From positions 4,352,001-4,416,000 of the forward strand of contig OZ253462.1 in the NCBI GenBank assembly GCA_965261395.1: a stretch of 64,000 nt of DNA. Direction: 5' to 3'. The notes beneath the pieces were generated by a model, which saw only the letters and a program-made list of their open reading frames with translations, had not been told where the DNA came from and did no database searches. Each line of letters begins with the position of its first letter. Within the stretch, counting starts at the first letter, position 1. This document shows, piece after piece, positions 17,175-27,972 of the stretch. The DNA comes from Candidatus Latescibacterota bacterium. GTDB lineage: Bacteria > Latescibacterota > UBA2968 > UBA8231. Both the position numbers and the translations under genes were made by a program.

Positions 17175-18872
17175 TCAGAAGTAGTGGAAGCGCAAGTCAA
17201 AGCGCAGGTGCTGCTGGCGACCATCTCCGTAGCCAGAGCGCCACGCCAATGGCACGGCCGGGCCCCAAGCTGGAGGCAGCGGCACGCCTTGGCCCCACTC
17301 CTGCACGTACTCGGCCTCCAACTGGAGCTGGGGCAAAATCCGCCAGTGTAGGCCAGCGGCCAGTGTGGTACGCCGGACCTGATGCCCATCGAGGAATTGC
17401 TTGGTCACACGCTCGTCCCCTGGCCGCCAGCCATAGTGCATATCGCCGCCGACATTGCGAATGGTGCCGTCTGCCCCTAACTCGTTCTCGCCGTGTCGGC
17501 TGCGCGATACATATACCGCAAACTCTAGGTCTCGGGTCGCCCGCTTAGTCAGGCCCAATTGCCATTGGTCGCTGTTGGGCGCGAGGCTGTGTCCCAGTGG
17601 TGAATCGAAGTGGCGAAAGGTGTTAATGGGAAACCGATGCGAGTAAAGCCAAGGTTCGATGCGCACGTACTCGGCCCGCAGCTCGGCATCGGGCAACCCC
17701 AGCGGATCGACCCATAGCATTCCGGCCTGCAAGGAAAACTTGTTGGCAAAATCGTCGGAAAAGATGCGGGCCTTCTTCAGGTCATCGACCACGTACGCCA
17801 AATAATAGCGCCGCCCGCGCCCCGGATGGACATCTAAATCTATGCCCATCAGGAGGTTGTCCTTGTCGCCTAGGTGGCTCTGGGCTGCCCAGTAGAACAT
17901 CAGCGGGTTGACGTAGCTAGGCTCTAGCCCCCGATCGCCGTACACTACCACTTCCTGAAAACCCAAGTCGAGCCAAGGGGCCAGCGCGACCTCCAAGCGG
18001 TGGGCCGCCAAGTACTTCTGGCGCTCTAATAGACGCACCATGCCGTTGGCTACATACGTCGCCGCTGAATCGGCCGTCCCCGCACAAAGCGGCGAGTCGG
18101 GCCGATTGGGACAGGGGCGGAGTTCAGCAGAGATGCTGACCAGCTTAAAGGCCCCAAACTGCGACTGCAAGCGGATCATGTTAAACGACGGCGCGTTGTT
18201 GCTCAGTCCCAAATTTTGCTCTGGAGCCGGCCCCCACAGCGCCTCGTCTTTGCCCAATTGCACGTCCACCGGCCCCACCGCGAACTTCACGTACGCCGTG
18301 CCCTCGTGAAAATCGGCCGCCTCGCCCTTTAGCTGGGGCAGGTCAACTCGCCGTTCGTATAGATCGTGGCGATAGACGTAATGGCGCGAGCCTTGCTCCC
18401 GCACCTGTTCAAAAGCCATGCGGAAACCCACGCTACGGTCTAGATGCCCGCGGACGATGCCGCCGCCGCGATGGCGGTACACCACTTCGGCTGCCGACCG
18501 CCCCCGGCCGCTAAAGCGATCGGTTTGCTGGCGGGCGAGAAAATCGGCGAAAACGGCACCCCCACGGGCGCGATAGTGGAGCATAGCTCGCTCGTGTGCA
18601 AACTCGCCGCGCAACAAGTCCAATTCGCCCAGTTCGATCGGCGAGAGTTCAGGGCGATATTTTTTATCAACTGCGTCAAGTAATTCTATTATTTTATTGC
18701 GGCTGTATGGTCTAATACCATCTGCGACGCCGTTGGCTCGCCCTTGGGCCTCGAGCCGTTCGACAAAGCGATAAACCCAGTGCTCCAAAGGCGCGTAAAC
18801 CGACGAATCTGCCCCGGCAGCGACGGTGCCCAACGGGATCAACAAGCCTAGTAGAACCTGTGTTGACAGCAC
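17175..18872 (-). CDS. Capsule assembly Wzi-family outer-membrane protein
   Basis: Signal peptide, HWVYRFVERL, RPYSR, WGP...LSNNAP, AAHRLE, DN, PLGHSLAPNS, C-terminal aromatic residue. Start uncertain (GTG 18872 or ATG 18917). Confidence 0.75.
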   Translation of the reverse strand: MLSTQVLLGLLIPLGTVAAGADSSVYAPLEHWVYRFVERLEAQGRANGVADGIRPYSRNKIIELLDAVDKKYRPELSPIELGELDLLRGEFAHERAMLHYRARGGAVFADFLARQQTDRFSGRGRSAAEVVYRHRGGGIVRGHLDRSVGFRMAFEQVREQGSRHYVYRHDLYERRVDLPQLKGEAADFHEGTAYVKFAVGPVDVQLGKDEALWGPAPEQNLGLSNNAPSFNMIRLQSQFGAFKLVSISAELRPCPNRPDSPLCAGTADSAATYVANGMVRLLERQKYLAAHRLEVALAPWLDLGFQEVVVYGDRGLEPSYVNPLMFYWAAQSHLGDKDNLLMGIDLDVHPGRGRRYYLAYVVDDLKKARIFSDDFANKFSLQAGMLWVDPLGLPDAELRAEYVRIEPWLYSHRFPINTFRHFDSPLGHSLAPNSDQWQLGLTKRATRDLEFAVYVSRSRHGENELGADGTIRNVGGDMHYGWRPGDERVTKQFLDGHQVRRTTLAAGLHWRILPQLQLEAEYVQEWGQGVPLPPAWGPAVPLAWRSGYGDGRQQHLRFDLRFHYF

Positions 18873-18893
18873 TCTCAAGGGCTTGTAGCTTAA

Positions 18894-21426
<2,533 letters not shown>

Positions 21427-21434
<8 letters not shown>

Positions 21435-22281
21435 CGCTTGCTTCGCCCGTGTATAGATCGGGATTGCCCAACTGGGCGAAGCCCTCGTCAAACCCGTGGC
21501 AAAATCTTTCCACAGCCGATTCGCCCAGCTTGAGGACCTCCTCGTAGGCTTGATCTGAGGGTAGCAGCGGACGGGCCAAGGCCGCGCCATCCTTAAAGCG
21601 CACCCAGTGTTGGAGCCAATCCCCGAGGACTTTGCGCCCTAGATGGGCAAACGTCAATGTACACAGGGGATTAGGGCGGCGTCCGGCCACGCGGATGTGC
21701 CCTCCCCACCAGAGAATTTTGGGGATTCGCTGCAGCCACCGGGCGGTGGCCTCACCTCCTCGCTCCAGCAGGCGCTCGTCGGCATCTCGGCCGTAGAAAG
21801 CCTCCCCCACTTCCCCTAACAAGCTGTGGCCATCAGCGCGGCGGGGAAAATGCAAGCGCGCGTTCCACAGCCCGTCCATCCCCTCGCCGGCCAGCAAGCG
21901 GCAATCAAGCCCCCATTCCAAGCGCAGGTGCCACAAATCGGGCGAGGCCGGCCGAGTACCCTCGCTGAGCAATGCGGCCACGCGGGCCTCAACCCAAGGA
22001 TGCACGGCCATATCTGTATAGACGTGCAATCCCCAACCCGCGGCAAACGCCCGCTCGTTAGCGCTGGAGGCCCCTTGGGTCAGGGCGCGCAAAAAGTCGC
22101 CGGGCCGCTCCAGATGCGCGCGATGCGACAAGGCCGCCGGGCCGCCGGGGAAAAAACCGATATCCGGGCCTACAGAACCAGCGGCAAAGGCCGCCGGCAT
22201 CTCTACCTCGCCCGCGCAGTCGCCAAAAACTAGGGGAAAGACGCGCTCGGCCAGCCACAAGTGGAAGAAGCTACCCGCCAA
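21427..22281 (-). CDS. Zinc-dependent phospholipase C/P1 nuclease-like protein
   Basis: N-terminal FFH, GSVGPD, H..H, GWGLHVYTDMAVHP, HLRLE metal-ligand pattern. Confidence 0.75.
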
Positions 22282-22284
22282 ACT

Positions 22285-22752
22285 CTAGAACGGCAGGTCG
22301 TCGTCATCGCCACCCGGCGGCGGGGGCGCCTCTGGCTGGGCGGCCGGACCGACGTTTTGTCCGCCGGACGGACGGTCGGAGTAACCGGCATCTCTGCCAC
22401 CGCTGCCACCCTCGCCGCGGGAATCGAGCATCTGCATGTCGTTGACCACGACCTCGGTCATATAGCGCTTCTGGCCGCTCTGGTCGTCCCAAGAACGAGT
22501 CTGCAACTTGCCCTCGACATAGATCCTAGCGCCCTTTTTGAGATACTGCTGGGCGATCTCGGCCAGCTTGCGCCAGAGCACGAGCCGGTGCCATTCGGTC
22601 CGCTCCTGGCGCTCGCCCGTATTGCGGTCGTTCCAGCTTTCAGAGGTGGCCAAGCTGAAATTGGCTACGGGCACTCCGTCCGGCGTGTATTTCACTTCGG
22701 GGTCGCTGCCCAAATTGCCGATCAAGATTACCTTGTTTACCCCACGGGCCAT
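22285..22752 (-). CDS. ssb: Single-stranded DNA-binding protein
   Basis: [31 protein letters not shown]-terminal DDDDLPF. Confidence 0.98.
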   Translation of the reverse strand: MARGVNKVILIGNLGSDPEVKYTPDGVPVANFSLATSESWNDRNTGERQERTEWHRLVLWRKLAEIAQQYLKKGARIYVEGKLQTRSWDDQSGQKRYMTEVVVNDMQMLDSRGEGGSGGRDAGYSDRPSGGQNVGPAAQPEAPPPPGGDDDDLPF

Positions 22753-22873
22753 ATATTCGCTCCTTTTTGCGGGCGCGCCGCAAGCGCGTACACACCCATT
22801 AACGTTCGCAATTTCGCTTATCTTAGGCGCAAGCCTTAGCCCAGTCAAGGCCAGCCCCAGCCCCCCGGCGGGC

Positions 22874-22902
22874 TTGACTTTCTCCGATGGCTTTCCTATT
22901 CT
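22874..22902 (+). promoter_or_regulatory. Sigma-70 promoter upstream of ftsA
   Basis: TTGACT-N17-TATTCT. Confidence 0.6.
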
Positions 22903-23107
22903 TCCATATCCTTAATTATTTAAGTGCTTACGGTAGGCCGACTTCCCCCTTTGTCTGGCGTTGTAAGCACTAGTAATTTGGGGTCGAGTGCCCCAATCCG
23001 TCGCATCACTGCCGCTAGACGGTAGCCTTTCTCCCCCCAGTATGTCCTCGCCTTGCTCCTGCTGCGCTGCATTTTGCGGCTGCGCTTAGAAAAAAGGTAC
23101 GCCGACC

Positions 23108-24322
23108 ATGGCTGGATCCCCCGTCGTCGTTCTCGATGTTGGTGCCTCAAAAGTTCTATGCCTAGTCGGCGAGGTGCAAAACAATTCCCAAGTCAAAATC
23201 TTGGGTCTAGGGCAAAGCCCCTGCACGGGCCTGCGCCGCAGCGCCGTCATCGACATGCCCCAAGTGGCAGAGTCCATCCGCTCGGCTCTCGCCGAAGCCG
23301 AGCGCTCGACCGGTCTCAAAATCGCCGGGGCCTATCTCGGCATAGCTGGCGAAGGCATCAACGCCCAGACGAGTTATAGCACGGTGGGCATCTCCGGCTC
23401 CTCCAACCCCATCTCCGAAGAGGACCGGGACCGCGCGCTACTCGCCGTCGCGCAGGAACAGATAGCCGAGGACCAGACGGTGATACATCGCTTCGTCCAG
23501 AGCTATGCCGTCGATGGCGAGCCAGTGCAAAACCCGCTCTGGCTGCACGGCAACCGCTTGTCGGTCGAGGTGCTGACCGTTTCCGTGGCTGAGCATCTAT
23601 GCACGGCGTTTCGCCACGCTGCCTCCAAAGCCGGTGTTGAGATCGCCGGCGTCGTCCTCGAAAGCGTCGGCATTGCCCATGCCACCTTGTCCCAAGATGA
23701 ACGCGACATGGGCGTTGCCCTGCTCGATCTCGGTGCCGGTACCTGCGACCTAGCTGTGTTCCAAGGTCCAATGCGGCACGTAGAGGAAATTCCGCTGGGG
23801 GGCGACGATATAACGCGCGATCTCTCGGTCGTCTTGAGCATCCCAATCCGCGAAGCCGAGCAGCTCAAATGCCGCTTCGGCAGCGTTAGCTGCTCCGGGG
23901 AAGACGGCGATGAGACCGTCACCTACCACACGACCGCCGGCCGCGCCTGCACCCTAACCAAGCAGCAGGTCAGCATGGTCATCGAAGCCCGACAGCGCGA
24001 GATTTTTGAATACGTGCGCCAAGCCCTCGTCAATGCTCCGTACAACGATCGCTTGGCCGCTGGCATCGTGCTCACCGGCGGCGGGGCCTCACTCAACCAG
24101 ATCGCGCCACTCGCCGAAGAGGTGCTTGGCCACCACGTCCGCATTGGCGTCCCCCAAGACGTGATCGCCCCAGTCGCGGTCAACGACCCCAGCTATGCCA
24201 CCGCGATCGGGCTGTTGAGTTTTGTCGCCGCCGGACACAGCGCCCCGGTCGAGTCGCCCGACGCCGACCGGACTCGCAACGGCTTTGCCCACGCGCTAGG
24301 CAAACTGTTCAATTTCTTTTAG
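23108..24322 (+). CDS. ftsA: Cell division protein FtsA (stand-alone copy)
   Basis: LDVGASKV, LDLGAGT, GGDDITRDL, AEQLK, GIVLTGGG, YATAIGL, C-terminal amphipathic helix. Confidence 0.9.
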   Translation: MAGSPVVVLDVGASKVLCLVGEVQNNSQVKILGLGQSPCTGLRRSAVIDMPQVAESIRSALAEAERSTGLKIAGAYLGIAGEGINAQTSYSTVGISGSSNPISEEDRDRALLAVAQEQIAEDQTVIHRFVQSYAVDGEPVQNPLWLHGNRLSVEVLTVSVAEHLCTAFRHAASKAGVEIAGVVLESVGIAHATLSQDERDMGVALLDLGAGTCDLAVFQGPMRHVEEIPLGGDDITRDLSVVLSIPIREAEQLKCRFGSVSCSGEDGDETVTYHTTAGRACTLTKQQVSMVIEARQREIFEYVRQALVNAPYNDRLAAGIVLTGGGASLNQIAPLAEEVLGHHVRIGVPQDVIAPVAVNDPSYATAIGLLSFVAAGHSAPVESPDADRTRNGFAHALGKLFNFF

Positions 24323-24391
24323 TGCGTGGCACCGACCGGGGCGGTTCTTGACACCGTAGCTGGCCCCGCCTAGTTTTTACTCCACAGCATG

Positions 24392-24467
24392 GCCGCCATA
24401 GCTCAGCTGGTAGAGCAACTCACTCGTAATGAGTAGGTCCCCGGTTCGAGTCCGGGTGGCGGCTCCA
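24392..24467 (+). tRNA. tRNA-Thr (anticodon CGT)
   Basis: GCCGCCA/TGGCGGC acceptor stem, anticodon stem ACTCA-CTCGTAA-TGAGT, GGTTCGAGTCC T-arm, encoded CCA; promoter TTGACA-N17-TAGTTT at 24348-24376. Confidence 0.97.
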
Positions 24468-24473
24468 CAACAC

Positions 24474-24510
24474 AACGAGGGCTTGCGCACTAGTCGCTAG
24501 CCCTCGTTTA
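24474..24510 (+). terminator. Hairpin terminator after the tRNA
   Basis: AACGAGGGCT...AGCCCTCGTT inverted repeat with a short T run. Confidence 0.6.
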
Positions 24511-24535
24511 CATTGGTCTCCTTCCCGCTCAGCCT

Positions 24536-24949
24536 GTGTCTATTCTAGATCTTCCCACGCTAAACGCCTGCCTCAACACGTTGTGCACGCTCCTGCTCGT
24601 ACGCGGCTTTCTGCAGATCCGCCGCGGTGCGCGTCACGCCCACCAAAAGTCTATGTTGGCCGCGCTCGTCTGCTCCGCGCTCTTCCTCTGTTCGTATTTG
24701 GTTTACCACATTCAGGTAGGTTCGGTGCCCTATCCCCACCACGACTGGACCCGCCCCCTGTACTTCGCCGTGCTTATACCCCACGTGGTCCTCGCCGCGT
24801 TGATGGCCCCCTTTGTGGCCCTCGTCGTCTGGCGTGCTTACAACCAAGATTTCGCTCGCCACCGTCGGCTGGCCCGCTGGGTCTGGCCGGTGTGGATCTT
24901 TGTCTCGGTTAGCGGCGTGGTGGTCTATCTAATGCTCTACCGGCTCTGA
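24536..24949 (+). CDS. DUF420 family membrane protein
   Basis: LPTLNACLN, HQKSM, FLCSYLVYH, HRRLARWVWPVWIFVSVSG. Confidence 0.85.
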   Translation: MSILDLPTLNACLNTLCTLLLVRGFLQIRRGARHAHQKSMLAALVCSALFLCSYLVYHIQVGSVPYPHHDWTRPLYFAVLIPHVVLAALMAPFVALVVWRAYNQDFARHRRLARWVWPVWIFVSVSGVVVYLMLYRL

Positions 24950-24951
24950 AG

Positions 24952-25716
24952 TCAGGGGCCACGATTGCGGGCCACCATCCAAGCGGCCCCGGAGGTCGTC
25001 AGCACTGTCCAGCCGCCGGTGACCAACAGGGCACGCACAAACGCCGCGTCGGCTATCAGTTGGGCCGGAGCCAAGTAGAACGCCTTGCGCAAAACGACCA
25101 GCGCATAAGTCACGGGATTGCACTGCATCACCCACTCTAGCCAAGGCGCGGCCCCTTCAATCGGGAAGAGAGCGCCGGAAAGAAACCACAAGGGGATGAG
25201 CACGACGCTCATCACCGCGTGGTAGCCAGCCACTGAATCCAACTTCCACGCGACTATAAAGCCCAACCCTGTGAAGCCCATGCCGATCAGCGCGCAGAGG
25301 ACCAAGAGCGCCAAGATCATCTCCACAGCCAAGCCAATGCCGGCCACCGGAGCCAGCAGCAAAAATACAAGCACCTGCAAGAGGGCGATGAGCGTACCGC
25401 CGACCAGCTTGCCCAGCGCTATACTCAAGCGCGGCACCGGGGCTACCAGCACGCCTTGCAAGAAGCCGACGCTGCGGTCTTCGATGAGAGTGATGGTGGA
25501 AAAAATCGCTGCGAATAGCAGGAGCATCAGCACGACGCCCGGATAGAAGAATTCTCCGTAGCTCAACTCGCTGCCCTTGCTGATGAAGCTGTCGGCAAAA
25601 CCCGAGCCCATGAAAAACCACAGCATCAGCGGCTGCACCAAGCTCCCCAAAAGCCGAGAGGGCTGGCGGAAAAAGCGCAGTACTTCGCGCTGGGCCAGAA
25701 TCCAGACGCCGTTCAA
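24952..25716 (-). CDS. ABC-2 type transporter permease
   Basis: REVLRFFRQPSR, DRSVGFLQGVLVAPV, LSGALFP, NPVTY. TTG start overlaps the ATPase stop codon. Confidence 0.88.
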   Translation of the reverse strand: MNGVWILAQREVLRFFRQPSRLLGSLVQPLMLWFFMGSGFADSFISKGSELSYGEFFYPGVVLMLLLFAAIFSTITLIEDRSVGFLQGVLVAPVPRLSIALGKLVGGTLIALLQVLVFLLLAPVAGIGLAVEMILALLVLCALIGMGFTGLGFIVAWKLDSVAGYHAVMSVVLIPLWFLSGALFPIEGAAPWLEWVMQCNPVTYALVVLRKAFYLAPAQLIADAAFVRALLVTGGWTVLTTSGAAWMVARNRGP

Positions 25717-26666
25717 GCGGCGTTCCCCTCCTCGAGGTGCTGGCCGGTATGGCGCACGAACACATCGTCGAGCGAGGGAGGGGCCAGCGACAGCGAGCGG
25801 ATCTGGGAGCCGAAGCGCTGAAATACCTCGTCGAGGCTGATGTCGCTTTTGAGTGGAACGCGCAAGTCCTGATCGACGACTAGACCTTCTAGGCCCATGG
25901 CGTGGCGCAGTGCGGCTTGCAGCGCGACCGCATCGTCGCTGCGCAGCGTGAGAATTTCGCGCCCCAATTGGCGCTGCAAGACCCTTGGGGGGCCGCAGAC
26001 GAGCAACTGTCCTTGGTGCAAAATGGCGACTTGGTCGGCGCGCTCGGCCTCGTCTAAGAGGTGAGTCGAGACCACGACCGTGAGCTGTTCGTCCGCTTTG
26101 AGTTCCTCCACTTGGTGCCAGAAATCCTGGCGCGCCACTGGATCCAACCCAGCCGTCGGCTCGTCGAGCACGAGAATAGCCGGTGTCGGCAGCAGCGCTT
26201 TGGCCAATTCGACGCGCCGCCGCATACCCCCAGACAGCTTCTCCACCCGCTCGTTGCGCCGATCCCACAAGCCGACGGACTCCAGCAGCAGTTGGCTGCG
26301 CTGGCGCACGGCACGGCGGCCCATGCCGTAGAGCAAACCCGCCATCCGCAAGTTTTCGCCGACCGTCATTTTCCCGTCCAGCGCGGGATTTTGGAAGACC
26401 ACTCCCAACTGGCGGCGCACCGCCGACGGATCTTGCCCCAAGAGCGCACCGCCGACTCGCACTGCGCCCGAAGTGGGCACCAGAGCGGTGGTCAGCACGC
26501 GTAGGAGCGTGGATTTACCGCTACCATTAGGCCCCAACAGGGCCACCATCTCCCCGGAACGAATGTCGAGATTGACCTCTTGGAGCGCGCGGTGTGCAGT
26601 TTTCTTGCGCGTGCCAGCATAGACGTGGGAAAGATGTGAGATGCTGATGAGCACTTGGGGATCCAA
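25713..26666 (-). CDS. ABC transporter ATP-binding protein (DrrA-like)
   Basis: GPNGSGKST, LSGGMRRR, LDEPT, STH. Start set at TTG after an AGGAG RBS. Confidence 0.92.
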   Translation of the reverse strand: MDPQVLISISHLSHVYAGTRKKTAHRALQEVNLDIRSGEMVALLGPNGSGKSTLLRVLTTALVPTSGAVRVGGALLGQDPSAVRRQLGVVFQNPALDGKMTVGENLRMAGLLYGMGRRAVRQRSQLLLESVGLWDRRNERVEKLSGGMRRRVELAKALLPTPAILVLDEPTAGLDPVARQDFWHQVEELKADEQLTVVVSTHLLDEAERADQVAILHQGQLLVCGPPRVLQRQLGREILTLRSDDAVALQAALRHAMGLEGLVVDQDLRVPLKSDISLDEVFQRFGSQIRSLSLAPPSLDDVFVRHTGQHLEEGNAA

Positions 26667-26745
26667 CTGAAATCTCCTGAAACCGCGCCGCAAGGCCGAG
26701 CGCATCGAGGCGACAAGATAAAAAGTTGAGAAATTAACCGATTCC

Positions 26746-26785
26746 CAGCCAGCGTCAAGAAAGCAGTGCAGATTGACACTGGCTG
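26746..26785. promoter_or_regulatory. 13-bp inverted repeat carrying back-to-back -35 boxes of the divergent ABC and mltG promoters
   Basis: CAGCCAGCGTCAA-N14-TTGACACTGGCTG (12 of 13 complementary). Confidence 0.55.
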
Positions 26786-26938
26786 TCTTTTCTTATAAAT
26801 TTCGACTCTCAGCCTTGGTTGTAAAAAAATTCCCCATCCATATTTTTGCGCTATATCTTAGTTTGTAGCCCACTTCTTCATAGGAATGGGCGCGAAACTC
26901 GACACACCCGAATCACTTTTTTAGGTAGGGCCGATGGT

Positions 26939-27970
26939 ATGTCAACTAAAGCCAAGTCTGGACGCTGGTTCCGCGCGCTCTTACTCGGCGCGGCTATAGG
27001 GCTGGTGGGGGGGGCGTTGCCGCTTGGGGCGTTGTGGTATTTGAACCAACCCACCTACGAATACCCAGCACGCCAGATCCACATCCCGCAGGGTGCGAGC
27101 GCCCGCTGGATCGGCCAGTTGCTAGAGCGGGAAAACCTAATCCACAACGCGCATGTCTTTACCTGGACCGTCCAGTTCAAGGGCCTCGGTCATCAGCTCA
27201 AGGCGGGGACCTATCAGCTCGACGGCACTGGCACGACAGCCGTCATTGCCCAATCCCTGCTCAAGGCCCCCATCCAGACCCAGCCCGCGACGATCCCCGA
27301 AGGCCTGAACCGCCACCAGATCGCGGGCCAGCTACAGGCCGCAGGCGTGGCGGACTCGGCCCGCTTTGTCGCCGTCACCGAAGATCCGCGTCTCATCCGC
27401 CAACTCGGCGTGGCCGCGCCCACTCTCGAAGGCTACCTCTTCCCCGAGACGTACTTCTTTGACCCAGACGCCGATGAACGCGCCATCGCCTCCCTCATGG
27501 TCAACCAGTTCCACCGCGTATTCACCGACTCCCTGCGCCAACAGCTCGAGATGCGAGGTCTTTCGCTGCACCAAGCGGTGACGCTGGCCTCGATCGTCGA
27601 GCGCGAAGCGGTGGCCGTCGAGGAGCAGCCCATTATCTCCGGCGTCTTCCAGCGCCGCCTCAAGCTCAATCGCCGCCTCGAATCCTGCGCGACCATCAAC
27701 TACGCCCTCGGCACGAACAATAAGCGGCTGACCTACGCCGATTTGGAAGTGGATTCGCCCTTTAACACCTATCGCCACCACGGCCTGCCCCCCGGCCCCA
27801 TCAGCAATCCCGGCCGCACAGCCCTGCTCGCCGTGCTCTATCCCTCGGAAACCGAGTATCTCTACTTCGTCTCCCGCGGCGACGGCACCCACATCTTCAG
27901 CCGCACCAACAAGGAACACGAGCGCGCCAAGCGCCAGATCAAGCTAGCCCAGCGCATGCAGACGAACTGA
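26939..27970 (+). CDS. mltG: Endolytic transglycosylase MltG
   Basis: N-terminal TM, LKAGTY, TIPEG, LEGYLFPETY, LASIVERE, SPFNTY...GLPPGPISNPG. Confidence 0.95.
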   Translation: MSTKAKSGRWFRALLLGAAIGLVGGALPLGALWYLNQPTYEYPARQIHIPQGASARWIGQLLERENLIHNAHVFTWTVQFKGLGHQLKAGTYQLDGTGTTAVIAQSLLKAPIQTQPATIPEGLNRHQIAGQLQAAGVADSARFVAVTEDPRLIRQLGVAAPTLEGYLFPETYFFDPDADERAIASLMVNQFHRVFTDSLRQQLEMRGLSLHQAVTLASIVEREAVAVEEQPIISGVFQRRLKLNRRLESCATINYALGTNNKRLTYADLEVDSPFNTYRHHGLPPGPISNPGRTALLAVLYPSETEYLYFVSRGDGTHIFSRTNKEHERAKRQIKLAQRMQTN

Positions 27971-27972
27971 GG

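Noticed and set aside
24392-24467. tRNA-Thr as an island integration site
   Set aside because: No integrase nearby and no duplicate of the tRNA 3' end was seen in the window.
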